The notes: a model not told the origin generated them from the letters alone. A stretch of DNA of 64,000 nt from Octopus sinensis (GCF_006345805.1 NC_043001.1:73780001-73844000), one strand, 5' to 3'; numbered from the stretch's first letter, positions 13,091 through 25,949 are shown. Program-made: numbers and translations.

Positions 13091-16001
13091 AGACCTTGTT
13101 TTTTCTCTCTTTCACATCATCATTATCATTTACCACTCATTTTTCCATGCTTGCATGGACGGTGAGATGGAATTTGTTGAGGCTAATTCTCTATGGCTGA
13201 TACATGTCCTGTTGCTAGCCCTCACTTATTTCTAAGCGTCATTTACAATCACCACATAATGTCTTGGCAAAGGTACACACACACACTCTCACAGAGAGAG
13301 AGAGAGAGAGAGAGAGATACAACTGGCTTCTTCTAGTTCCTGCCTACTGATCCATTCACAAGGCTTTGGTCTGCCTGGGGCTATAATATAAGACAGTGAG
13401 ACACAGCGAAACATATAGCACACAGTGAGACTGAACCCAAGACCACAAGATTGGGAAGCAAAATTCTTCAAACAGTCTGTAATGAAATAATCAGTAATAT
13501 CCTAGAATAAATTTAATTGATTATATACCCCTCTTGGAAAAAACCCCCCCTATAAAACCTATTACTGTAGTGGGAACGATGCAGTGATATGAGAAAAGAT
13601 TTAAATCAATATTGACTTTTTAAGTTTAACACCTGTTCATAGAGAGGAACATATATGACAAGCAATAGAATGATAAGATAGATGTTTTCACCAGTCATTG
13701 ATGCATACTGTATCCTATGGCAATTAGCAAGCTTTATACTGTTTTTAGCACAATTATCAACTAGAAATCTGGTATGGTATGATAATACTTGTGTTGCAGA
13801 TATAAAATAACATGAATATTTCAAATGATCAAGTGTTGTAAATGGCCAAGAAAAATAAGTAAGACACACCTAGTTTAAAGTATTCTAAATTTACACAACC
13901 TACTTAGCAGCTTAAACTTTAATAGGCTGAATAGTTGCAGTTGGAATTTAATAACCAACAACAGACATTCACAGATGAGTGCCTTGTCCAATGAATTTGA
14001 GTCTAAAATTAAATAAGATTACTAACTATGGTGCTGATAATAAGTCCAAGACTTCCTGCTCAAGTCTTGCTAAGATTGATTTGGTTTTGACCCTTCTAGA
14101 TTGAATAAAAATAGCTAAAATGTACAAATATTAATGTCACTGTGAATATTATATAACTCACCCTTTCATTTGCTTCTTTATCTTATTCCTTTTTCCTATT
14201 TCTCCATTAAGTGAAGAAAGACAATGAGACATTTTACCTATCAGGTTTTCATTAAATCATCATCATCATTTTAATGCCCTCTTTTTCATGCCCACATGGG
14301 TCGGATGGAAATGGTTGAGGTAGATTTTTCTGTGGCTTGATGCCCCTCCTGTCTCCAACCCTCACTTGTTTCTACGTAAGATAATATTTTCCCAGAAGAC
14401 TGGGAACAAAGAACACTGCTGTATGATGATGACACTCATTTACAACTTTCATGTGATGTCTACACAAGGAAATACCAGCTCTCTCCATCTCATAACCACA
14501 CACAATGGGCTTCTTTCAGTTTCTGTTTACCAAATCTACTCTCAATGTTTTTTTGGCCTGGACCCACAGTAGAAGACACTTGTCCAAAGTGTTACACAGT
14601 GGGACTGAACCCAAGACCACATCTTAACCACACAGACACATCTCTGCACCTTACATTATCTAAAGTAATCAATAATATACAATATAATGTGAAGAATTAT
14701 TTTTTTTTTGCATAATCCCTCATTTCATAATTAGCAAAATCTAAAAGAAGTACCTGTAGGATTAGATCAGTGATAATTAGATACTGGCTTTGCATTTACT
14801 TAAAATATAAAAATTTTGTAAATAAGGACATCTGCCTGGATTTCAGATGTATAGATCAAGTCCTGGTGCAGCTTCCTGTCTTGTTTTCCCATTCAAGGGA
14901 ATTTTAAACTGAGGTATTATTATAAACTATTGTTGATAGCTGACTTCACTTTGTGACTCATTGTTAATAAAGACTTATGAATTCTTCTATATTTGCATTA
15001 TGAATGTAATATAACTTTTGTCCCACTGCAAAGCACCTTGGGCAAGTGTCTTCTAATATAGCCCTGGGTAGTTCAGTGCTTTGCAAATGAATTTTGTAGA
15101 CGGAAAACTGAAAGAAACCTGTCATATGTATGTGTGCATATCTATGTTTGTTTTCCTGCTTGATAATTGGTGTTTGTTAACATACCTGTAACTTACTGGT
15201 TTGATAAAAGAGGTTATTGCTTATCTTGTGAATTTTGTAGTTTTTGTAGATAGGAAACTGAAAGAAACCTGTCATATGTATGTGTGTTTATGTTTGTCTC
15301 CTTGCTTGACTGGTGTGGGTTTGTTTACATGCCTGTGACTTAGTGGTTTGGCAAAAGGGACAAAAAGAATAAGTATCAGACTTTAGAAAAAAAGGGAATT
15401 GGGGTCAATTTGTTCAACTAAACCCTTGAAGGCAGTGCCCTAGCTCAGCCATGGCCCAATGAATAAAGCAAGTAAAAAAATATGGAATCAGTTTGAATAT
15501 TAGCATTGCTTGTTGAAAGGTGTTTAAACTTGTTCAGTTTCTTGAAGGTGGTGGTCGCTTTTGTTTTTTATTTTTATTTCACTTCTTAAACGAGCACTTT
15601 AAGTTTCTTTGACACAAAGTCAGATCCTGAAATCATTGGGTAAGACGTGCTCTATCAGATCCTGTTGTGAGAAGTAACATAGACATCAAGTCAGGTGTGC
15701 ATTCTCAACTTGAAGATGAAACATTTCCTTTTGTTAATGATATGCTCTCTCTCTCACTCACACATCCACACACAGATGTGCATGCTCACATTATTGAATT
15801 ACATGATATACTGATACATGAGGTAGTGCTATAGCATGGTCTTAGCAATGATGGAGCACCTCATGCATCAGTGAACTCAAGAAGTTTGCAACATGATATA
15901 TCTTCATATATATCTGTTATTTTGTATCTGTTAACCATATTTATGTACACAGATGTATCTAGATGGATAAGTCGCCCTTGGAATCCTTCTAAAGATTCAT
16001 T

Positions 16002-16197
16002 TAACCCTTTCACATTCAGATTACTCTATCAAATGTAATCCTTATTTATTCACATTGTTTTCAAGATTTTGATGATATGATTGTATATTTTTAGTGACAT
16101 TGTAGAGTAGGTGTGAGAGATGGGACCTGGCTGATTTGAGCATAAAACAGGTAGAATATTTGGGCTGGATATGGCCGGCTTAAATACTAAAGAGTTA
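16002..16197. mobile_element. piggyBac-like TTAA MITE
   Basis: ttaaCCCTTT...AAAGAGttaa ends. Related copies at ~21240-21420 (inverted), ~21820-22022, ~50424-50602 and ~59283-59905 (split by a SINE). A second TTAA-CCC family lies at ~17784-18005. Confidence 0.6.
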
Positions 16198-16204
16198 AAG
16201 TATT

Positions 16205-16520
16205 TGGTAGTTTTTGTTACCTAGGTGGCCTAATCAGTGGAGACAGGTGCTGCAAAATGCTATGGTGGCATGACAGTTTTGAGAGCTGTAGCATCTGTTG
16301 ACAGCAAAGGCTTCTTTCTGAATGAAAGGTAGACTGTGGGATACTTGTGTATGAAGTATAGTAATAATACATGGGCAAGGAATGTGAAGGATTTGCAAAG
16401 GCTCACAAAAAGAAAATAAAGTAAATACACTCCACTGGATATGTAATGTCAGTATGCATGAATAAGAGAAAACGGGACATCAGAGTTATTTGTTGTAGTG
16501 TGCAATGAAGAAAACTTTCT
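16205..16520 (+). mobile_element. Decayed RTE LINE internal fragment
   Basis: agtttttgttacctaggtg (F-x-YLG), ggtagactgtgggatacttgtgta (GRLYDACV-like) and tggatatgtaatgtcagt (WICNVS). Confidence 0.6.
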
Positions 16521-18110
16521 AGGTATAGACCAATCGTGGGCAACCTGTAACTCATGGGACAGTCTAAATGGCAGAGCTAATGAAAAATTACCTTGAATTT
16601 TTAGTTGTGCAGCTTGTCAGATGATAAGCTGTTTCATGTAGTCTGCTTCTTGAAAAGTGTATACCATACTAGGTAGAGACAATTGATGATACAGAAGCTA
16701 GTTGTAATAGGGAAGGGATTGGCAGCATCATCATTGCTGTACAAAATGCTTTGTATTATTGACATATCCTTGTTCCAAGTTCAAAATCCACTGAGGTTGA
16801 CTTTACCTTTAATCTTTCAAGGAGTAGGGAAAGGGGGTCACTAAAATAGTTACCAGTTAAGGTCTAAGTTTGATATAATCAATTGCCCACCACGCTAGCC
16901 AATCTATTGACCTGTGGGTCAAAACGTCAAGTATTTATCCTCAGGAGTTTGTAGTAACTTTGTGTGTGCGTGTGGTGGCTGAGTATGTTTATGTGTCTAT
17001 GTGTGTGAAATAGCACAAATGTAATGAGAGAAATGACAGACAGATAGACAATGCAAAAATTTACAAGAGGTGGTAAAAAATTCAACAAGTAATTGTAAAG
17101 TAGATGACATTAGGAAGAGCATATAGCCATAGAAGCCTTGTCAAAGCAGACACTGGAGCTTGATGAAATCTTTGAACCTACTGGGACTCATCAAACTGAC
17201 CAATTCATACTAGTATAGAACAAGGGTGTTAAATAATGATGCAAAAACATTTCAGTTGAGGTTTCTGGTATATATTTTTGTCTCCATAAAGAATAGAGTC
17301 TAGTATAATTTACCATCAGTTATGTCATAGCTATTTTCTGCACAGCTAGGCTTTTTCTTTTATGAATGAGATTGTTTCCTCATAGAAACAGTCTATCCAT
17401 TTATTTATACTCTCTTTCTACTTAAATGTCAATACAAATCCACTTGTGAAGCTTTGTATATTTTATCTTTTGTGTTTACTTTTAACTTCTTCAATTGAAT
17501 TCCACCTTCAAATTAGAAAATAACATTCTGTTAAGTCCACTCCTAATAATTCCTTCTTGTATATTTTCTGAATTCTTTTAATGTTTGTGTTGCTACCATT
17601 ATAACATGCTTATATTTTTCTTGACAATTTTCTCTCTCTCTCCCCTCCCCCAGGTGAAGACTAGGCATACTCTATTCTGTTCTTATAAAAGTACTTATAG
17701 TTTGACAAAAAGGAAGTAAGGAGTGATTGTAGAAACTATAACATGTTGACATAGAATAGATACTTACAAAGCAAAACTTGGTTTTAACCCTTTTAATCTC
17801 AACCTGCCCAAGACTGCCCCTGGTTCTTTGAAACACACTTCCTGTTTTAAAGTAATCTAAATTAAATTTCCCATGAAGGTTTCATGTTAATTTATGTTTC
17901 AAACATTATTTTAATGATAATGAAGTTATTTTACTAAATTTTTCTATTATTTTCAAAATTAACTGAAGCAAAGGCAGTATATTTCAACAAAAGTATAGTA
18001 ACAATAAAATGTTTAAAAGAAATAATATTTTTATCTATCATATACTTTAAGAACCTTAAAATGTATATATGCACAAACAGACATTGATTCACATTAATTT
18101 GCTCTCTCTT

Positions 18111-18154
<44 letters not shown>

Positions 18155-18567
18155 ATATGTTTATGATTTGTTTTGTAAGATTCTTGATGTGAAAATGTGA
18201 GTTGAAACAGATATTGTTATACTTGGTGATGGTCGTTTTGTTTATTTTTTTGCCAATTGAACACACACACTATTTATTCAATCTTCACTTTGGTTTTTAT
18301 TCTTCTTATTTTTAGTTTATTGGTCAATCAAAGTTTTTGGGTCACACAGCCTCTGACCTCATCAGTGGGTTGAAACATATTGTTTCAGCCAGTCAACTGT
18401 GACCATAAAGGGTTTAGTTAAAAAAAAGAAAAGTTGACCACATGACTTATATTAAATCTGGAACTTATTTATTCTACCAAGTTATGGGAATGTGAATGTA
18501 TCATCACCAGTTGTCAAGTAGTGGAGACATGAAGATGTGTGTATGCGCACACGTGCTCATATGCGCG

Positions 18568-18607
<40 letters not shown>

Positions 18608-19232
18608 CATGCATATGATGGTCTTCCACTAAGTTCCTGTGTACTGCTAGCCCAATTGACACAGGTTACAGAGCATTGGTGTTGGCCCACTGGAAGACAC
18701 TTACCTAAGGTACTGAGCAGTAGGACTGAACCTGAAATCAAAGTGAACTTCTTAATCACTCATCACACATACACACACACACACTCATATAGGCAATTGC
18801 TTTTTAACTCGTTTATTTAGCATATTCTTGTGCTTGTGTGCATGCATGCATATGTGCACACACACACAGACATGTTTCATGCACATGCACACAGATGCAT
18901 GCACGAATGTATTCTGTCTAGTTAAGGCTGTGTGAATTAATTTAATTAATATAGTTATAAGGTTTGGAAATATTTGTCTAATTTCATATTTATAACTGCA
19001 TTGACTTATTAATGTAAAACTGGTGTTGTAAACCACTTACTAATATGGTAATTACACTTATTTGAAGAAAGGTAGTAAGTAATAGCTTGTTTGATTGACA
19101 CATGGGTCAGCACTTCTCAACAACTGTTACTACTGCTGCTTATGGTTCCTTCATATCTATCAGATTTATATATTAAGGAAACAGCAGCTTAGAACCCTGC
19201 TTTAGTGTCTGGTTACACTTGCTTGCCAGTCA

Positions 19233-19246
19233 GTTGTCATAGCAAC
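19233..19246. promoter_or_regulatory. RFX X-box-like palindrome GTTGTCATAGCAAC
   Basis: Exact fit to the GTHNYYATRRNAAC X-box consensus, in non-repetitive-looking sequence 1.4 kb upstream of the 20672 exon. Confidence 0.3.
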
Positions 19247-19837
19247 CATCCTGACCCTATGACATCTGGGAGAGGTTAGTTTGGTGGAGTCAAAGTGAAC
19301 ATTTATTTTCTCTCTTGTTAGCTGTCTTCTGGTAGAGGCTGTTAAAACCATTTTCCTAATTATTATTTTTAATTATTTATAAGTTTTTTTTTTTCATAAG
19401 AAATAAGAACCATTCTGTGAATGAATGTATATATATATAATTTAGACGTCTTTAAAAGAAAATTAAAAAATAAAATAGTTTGGTTAGTAATAATTAGTAA
19501 TTTGATATTATCCTTGATATATATTCTAAGTCTTAAATTTGAATTTTTCTATTGTCTACAGAAGTCATTTGCAAACTGATAAATATTTAGTTTGTGAATA
19601 TTTCTCTTATTCAAAACCAATATTTCAATATTATACATGGATTTCATTTTAAATAAACTTATTCAGTTGATTGAATATATCTTGTTTATTGTTAACTCAC
19701 ATATAGAAAGTGTTCAGTCTAAATTCGACAGTTTGCATAAAAGGAAAAGAAACCACAATATCCCATCCAAAAATAAAGGTATTTATAAAAAATGGAAAAA
19801 TATCAATGAGATTATGACTGGGAGATAAACAGTTTAC

Positions 19838-20587
19838 CCAAAGTAGCCACCCTCAGCTTCCACCACGGCCTTAAGGTGGCTCTGGAACCTGGCACATGCA
19901 TTCCTCATTGTGTTCCTGGGAAGCTCTTTGAACACTTCCTTGATCTTGGCTATTAGCTTAGCTTAATGTTGTAGGCAGTGGTTGGTGTCTTTCCCAACTG
20001 TACCCCACACGTAGTAATCCATGGGATAACAACCAGGGCCAGAAATTGGGGTTGGCGAAGTAGTAGAAATTCTCTGCCAATCACTTCTGGTTCTTTCTGG
20101 AGGTATGTCAAGGGACCATATCTTGCTGTCACACATATGGCCTTCCAGCAACAACCCTCTCCAACCAGGGTTTGACTACAGTCTGTAGCAGCTTCATATA
20201 GCCATCTGAATTTAGCTGACCCTATTCAAAGATAACGGAATGAATTCTGGTAGGTGGATGCAGTCAGAATGCCTGCTGTATCCCTTCCTGCTGGTCATGG
20301 CTTTGTACTTCTCCATTGCTGCTGTCCTTGTCAAGTCTTAGAGCTTTTACATGTTCACAGAGCATTGAACCATAGTCATGGTGTCGGCATTTTGATACCC
20401 GGTGCAAATCATCATGATGCAGGTAACTGTTTTCCAATATTCAGATGGCTTCCAGTCCTCCGTACCATCTAATTTTTATTCAACTACAACTTTAATCTTT
20501 ATACTCACCAATGCTATTGACTGTTCACCAATACATCAAGCTGTTCCTGAAGCATAAAAAATTGTCAAATTTATCCTGAACACCCTG
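19838..20587 (-). mobile_element. Internally deleted Tc1/mariner (maT/DD37D-like) element
   Basis: TA plus CAGGGTGTTCAGGATAAATTTGAC terminus at 20587. Decayed frame YMKLLQTVVKPWLERVVAGRPYV*QQD, FWP..PMDYYVWG and FQSHLKAVVEAEGGYF. The other TIR was not found. Confidence 0.75.
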
Positions 20588-20671
20588 TACATATGTAATT
20601 TATGTCAAAAATGTATTGCATTTAAAAATATATATATTTTTTTATTTCAAAATGATTTGTTTTTGTTGCAG

Positions 20672-20757
20672 GTTGGGAAGCCTTCGTACAGTCAAGGATG
20701 ATCAACCAGTTGCCAGAAAAGAGGCCAAACCTCCCATACCTGTTGATTCAGATTCAG
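20672..20757 (+). CDS. ARHGEF12: Internal coding exon (86 bp, phase 2 to phase 1) of an ARHGEF11/12-like RGS-RhoGEF; N-terminal segment before the PDZ domain
   Basis: Acceptor ttttgttgcag, donor CAG|gtaaat. Reads (R)LGSLRTVKDDQPVARKEAKPPIPVDSDS(G) with no stop and joins the 36418 exon in frame. RLGSL resembles the RLSSL start I recall for human ARHGEF11 exon 2 (not checked). The symbol denotes the ARHGEF11/12 co-orthologue. Confidence 0.8.
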
Positions 20758-22701
20758 GTAAATTTTATATCAGTTAGTTGTAAGCTGGTACTATTTTCTG
20801 ATAGAATATGTCATATTTTAATAATGTATCTTGTAACTTAACATCCCATCCACTGACTGCTTCCAGTAGTGTATATTTAGTAAATGATGGGAAAGAATAG
20901 GTAAAGAAAAGAAACCATTTCTGATCAGTTCTAAACAAAATTCTGAACTGGTTTCCTTGAACTGTATATTTAGCTATATTTCTCCTACTGTATCTCAGTA
21001 AAGCAGTCAGTAGGTGCACAAGAAGTGTGGCAACATTTTTGGCAGATTGTCAGCTAAGCTGCACTTCAGGTGTTTAAAATGCACTTGGTTCTCAACAGAC
21101 ACCACCTGGCAAGAATACATCATTTCTTTCACACAGCTAAATTCACTTCTCAAAAACTTGGTTAACAGGGGGGGGGGGGATAAATAGAACAAAAATACAG
21201 CCCTAGGTTCTGCTCTTGATACATATTGACTTTAACTTGTCTAACCCTTTAGCATTTAAACCAACCAGATCCAGCCTCTCACACCTACCCTGCAATGTCA
21301 TTAAAAACTGTAATCGCCTCATCAAAATCTTGAAGCTACATGATAATGCAGGATTAATTCAAGAAAATGTGAATAAATAAGCATTACACTTGGCTGAGTA
21401 AACTGAATGCTAAAAAGCTACAGTTGAGGTTAATCCCTCCTTTTGTTGTGATTCTTTGATTTTTCCTAAAATATTGGCTTAAAAGAATCAAGGCATCAAA
21501 CTGTGCTTGACACTTCAATTTTATTATTGGAAGCAAAATTTGCTCCCAATCTTCTGTGGAAACATGCCTGACTATGGGAGAATATTACCTTGCTGGAAAA
21601 CAGCTGAAGGTTGATGACTTGAAGGGCATCCAACAGTAGAAAATTTGCCTCAACAAATTCCATTTTACCCATGTAAGCATAGAAAAATGGTCATTAAAAT
21701 GATGATGACAGATTAAAGAACAAGTGTTTCAAGTGTTAGCAAAGGCACTTTCTGTTAAAATGGCTGAGCTAGCAACAATTCAATTAGAATATATTTCATA
21801 GAAGTTGTTGATTGTCTAACCATTTACCATTCAGATAACTGTCAAATATTTATTCACGTTGTTTTGAATTAACCATGCATTATCTCATAGCTTTGAGGTT
21901 TCAATATGATTGTATATTTTTAGAATGACATTGTATGATAGATGTAAAAGGCCAGATCTTGACATTTTAATCATAAAACAGAATATTTTGGCTGGATATG
22001 ACTGGTTTAAATGCTGAGTTAATCATAAGTAATGAATGTTCTTAATTTAGGCACATGGCTGAAATTTGGAGGAGGAGGTTTTAGTCACTACTATTGATCT
22101 CTGCAGTTCACTGGTCCTTCATTTTATTGACCTTGAAAGGCTAAGTTGACCTCAGAATATACAGAGCTGAAACATATACTGCGAGGTTTTTTTTAATATT
22201 ATACTTTAATTCTATCAATCCACCAACCTTTTCATGAACATTGTTTTCTTTTTGAGGGGAGGGAGCTAGTCAACTATATCAACCCCAGTTCTCTGTTGGT
22301 ATTTATTTTATTGATCCCAGTGCTCAATTGGTGCTTATTTTATTGACCACAAAAAAAGATGAAAGGCAAAGCCAACTTCAGTAGAATTTAAACTCAGGAC
22401 ACAATATGCTTGAAGAAATGCTGCTAAGCATTTTGTTCAGAGTGCTAATGATTCTGCTGCCTTGCTACCCCTTTTTAGCAATAATAATAATAATCCTTTC
22501 TACTATAGGCACAAGGCCTGAGATTTGTGGGGAGGGGTTAAATCAATTACATTGACCCCAGTACTTGACTGGTACTTAATTTATCAACCCCAAAAGGATG
22601 AAAGGCAAAGTTGACCTCGGTAGAATTTGAATTCAGAATGTAAAGATGGATGAAATACTGCTAAGCATTTTGCCCAGTGTACTAATGAGTTTGCCAGCTC
22701 A

Positions 22702-22900
22702 GGCATCAAGAGAAACATAAAGGAAATCAGAATAGAGTGCTCAGTAGAGCTGTTACAAAAGGTTTGCTTTCTTGGCACAGCCAGAATAATCAGGAAAGTA
22801 TTAGATAGTTGAAAAGAACAGATAGAATGGCACCGTAGGCTGCAGGTAGCAAGCCTGCTAGGCATGCTAGACTCCAGGAGTTCCAACAAAACCTAAGTTA
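22702..22900 (+). mobile_element. Short 3' end of a second R4/Dong-like family
   Basis: 22702-22812 reads GIKRNIKEIRIECSVELLQKVCFLGTARIIRKVLDS*, homologous to the IQKIVFMGTAHILRKILSM* end of the adjacent element. A different 3' UTR follows, then (AAT)n. Confidence 0.7.
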
Positions 22901-22927
22901 AAAATAATAATAATAATAACAACAACA

Positions 22928-23724
22928 AGGAACTACCAGGCCAACATATTAAAGAACAGCAGTAGCTTAACATGTCCTATATGTCAACAACAAAATGAAA
23001 CCATTGATCATGTTGTCTCCAAGTGCAGTGTTCTTGCACCTACAGAGTATCTCAACAGGCATGATAGAGCTGCACAATTTATTCACTGGGTAATTTGCAA
23101 AAGCCTGGACTTGCCCCATGATAAAAACTGGTGGGAACACAAACCACTTCCAGTGCTTGAAAATGATCATATCTCACTCCTCTGGAACTTCACCATTCAA
23201 ACTGACAGAAAGATAGATGCAAATAGGCCAGACAACACATTGAAAGACTTCAAACAAAAAACATGCCTCCTCATTGATATGATTGTCCTAATCGTTATAA
23301 ACATATCTGTCAAGACCTACCAAAAACTGAGCAAATATAAAGATCTTGAGATAGAAATCAGCAAAATGTGGAAACTGAAGACTAAAACAATACCTGTTGT
23401 CATAGGTGCCCTGGGAATGATAGCAAAAGGGGCTGATTGCTACCTAACTCAGATACCAGGAAACCCAAAAATGGCAGAAATTCAAAAGATAGTGTTCATG
23501 GGAACTGCTCATATCCTACGCAAAATACTTTCTATGTAATCTCAAGTTTTAAAACAAACATAATTTTTTTTTTTTGACATTTACTGGTACAACACTAAAT
23601 ACAAGACCAAATATATGGGCACACTAGGCATAACAACAACATGAACTTCCAACCTGTTGTCTCTTGAGGTCTCTGGGTGAGACTTGGAGCCAACTTGTAC
23701 AAATGTAAAGCAAAAGTCAAACAG
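22928..23724 (+). mobile_element. 5'-truncated R4/Dong-like non-LTR retrotransposon (CCHC knuckle, restriction-like endonuclease, 3' UTR)
   Basis: Stop-free frame 22928-23539 with CPICQQQNETIDHVVSKC (CX2CX8HX4C), RHD, NRPD..D..KY and PVVIGALG motifs. Bounded by (AAT)n at ~22903-22919 and 23725-23771, as expected for TAA-targeting Dong elements. Confidence 0.85.
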
Positions 23725-25719
23725 AATAATAATAATAATAATAATATAATAATAATAATAATAATAATAATGGTTTCAAATTTTAGCTCAAGGCCAGCAA
23801 TTTTAGGGAGAGGGTAAATTGATTACCTTGACTCCAGCAATTCACTGGTACTTTATCTTAGCCCTAATAGGATAAAAGGCAAAATTGACCCTAGTGAAAT
23901 CTGAACTCAGAACATGAGCAACGAGAATAAATGCTGCTAAGCACTTTGTGCAAAGTGCTAACAGTTCTACTTGCTTGCTGCTTTAAACAGTAATAATAAT
24001 AATGATAATAATAATAATAATAATGATAATAATAAGGTGTCAGTTATCTTAACTAATCAGGATTTGTTATGCAAACCTGGGAAAACAAAGTGTTGCTAAA
24101 GTGAGTTGGTATGAAAGATCTGTGCAATATAAAAGTATTACAAATGTAATAACGCATAGTAGGAACACATGGATACGTGATGTTTGATAAGCCTATGCAC
24201 CATGTAACCAACAAGGAATACTATCTAAATGAAGACTTGATCTTCATGTTGTGTATCTAAAGTATATCTGTTTTTGTAAGATGATTTCAATTAATCTCTC
24301 TGCAAGCCAACAGAAAATATCTCTGTTAATTGCATCAATGAACTCTATTTTCTTCCTGTGATACTTTTCACACACATGTGACAGAACTCTTGTCTGTTAA
24401 GTGTCTTCACAGCTCAGTCCCAGTAAGACAGTACAAAGTGTCAACTCTTTGGCTAAAAGTCCTGCATCCAGCCAGCTGCAAATTTTCAATGAGATTAAAT
24501 ACTGGATTAACATACTGATTAGGTCAACTAGTATAAAAATTTATGCAACAGATGCAATTGTATATTATATTACTTTTTGCTATTTAGATACATTTGTAAT
24601 TGTTTAGATGCATTTCTAGGATTATTTTTAAGCTTCAAAATGTTATAATTCTGTACTGGACCTAACATGCTACCTTAAAGATTGTCTTCTGACTGTGATA
24701 TGATTATGAGTTGAAAGATTATTTGGTATGTATTGTCGTAGTGGGAACAAGCAGGTGGGTAAATGGTGAAATGCCATAAATCAAGGATTGATGATGGAAG
24801 AGCTGACAATCATTGATGCAAAGGATTACTTGTTGGTTAGAAACATTTCTAGTTGTTGTCTAGTCCCCAAATTAACATTAATTGAGCAAATCCCTAATGA
24901 AAGCTTTCCATCCATGACCCTTTGTTTAATTGTATATTAGGGATAACATTGTTGAATGTATCTTTTTTTTCTTTCTACTTTTATTTAAAGGCATGTGTCA
25001 TTATTATCATCTGTTTGCTTTCTATTCTGGCATGGGTTGGATATGTCATGTTCTAAGTCAGTTCAGAGTTATTGCCCTTTTTGATGGGTTGGAGAATCTC
25101 ATCTTACTCAAACATTACATTTTTTGGATATGATTTCCAGGAATGGATTCCTTTTCTAACCCTAACCTCTTTACAGAGCACCGTGGTTGCATTTTATTGT
25201 AGCAACAGCACCAGAGAGGTAATCATGTCTTTGAACAGACTAAAGTGTTTTCTCAACACTATGTTGTCTCCACATATTTGCTAATTACTTTACAGAGTGT
25301 ACTGGATGCAAAATTGTTTCATGACACCAATACTAGTGAGGTTACCAAGGCTAAAGATTTATCATTACTTTATGGTGTCAAGACAACCTGATCAAGAAAG
25401 TGAGTTGAAGTGAACAGTACTGCTTTCATCAAATTTCCCAGACCAAGAGCTGACAAGTGGGTGACATAGAGCAAATCTCAAGTAGATTTGACCTTATGAA
25501 AGCTGTAATGGTCATCATCATCATCAAACAACCACTTTACAGAGTGTACTGGATGCTTTTATGCAGTACTGGCATGGGTGCTTCTTATGTGGCACCAGCA
25601 TCTAAAGCTTACAAGATTAGAGATGCTCAGCTGGAGAGGGTTACAGGGGATGAGACTGAATTCAAGGGCAGCCATGCTTTTACTTACCTTAATATGTCTT
25701 TTCAAGTACAGTAAACCAC

Positions 25720-25925
25720 CAGGAGTCTCAGTCCCCTGTCATCCCCTCTGTGAGTCCTAACGTTTGTAGACCCTTACTCACCACTTCATCCCACATCTTC
25801 CTGGGTTTACCCCCTCCATATGCTCCCTCTAAAATTAGAGATTGGCACCTCTTGATGCAACTGTCTTCATGCATACACATTACATGGTCATACCAGCGCA
25901 GTCTTCTCTCTTGCACACTACATCT
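25720..25925 (-). mobile_element. RTE LINE C-terminal fragment
   Basis: QERRLRWYDHVMCMHEDSCIKRC...GKPRKMWDEVV. Confidence 0.8.
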
Positions 25926-25949
25926 GATAAAAAGAGATGGGGATCAAGG

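Noticed and set aside
22245-24035. Repeat-spacer appearance resembling a CRISPR-like array
   Set aside because: The repeats are AAT microsatellites and the spacers are retroelement fragments of unequal length in a eukaryotic intron.
24401-24607. Protein-looking ORF QLSPSKTVQSVNSLAKSP with an acceptor at 24412
   Set aside because: Starts in phase 0 while the upstream exon ends in phase 1, which gives an early TAA. No ATG and only a weak donor.
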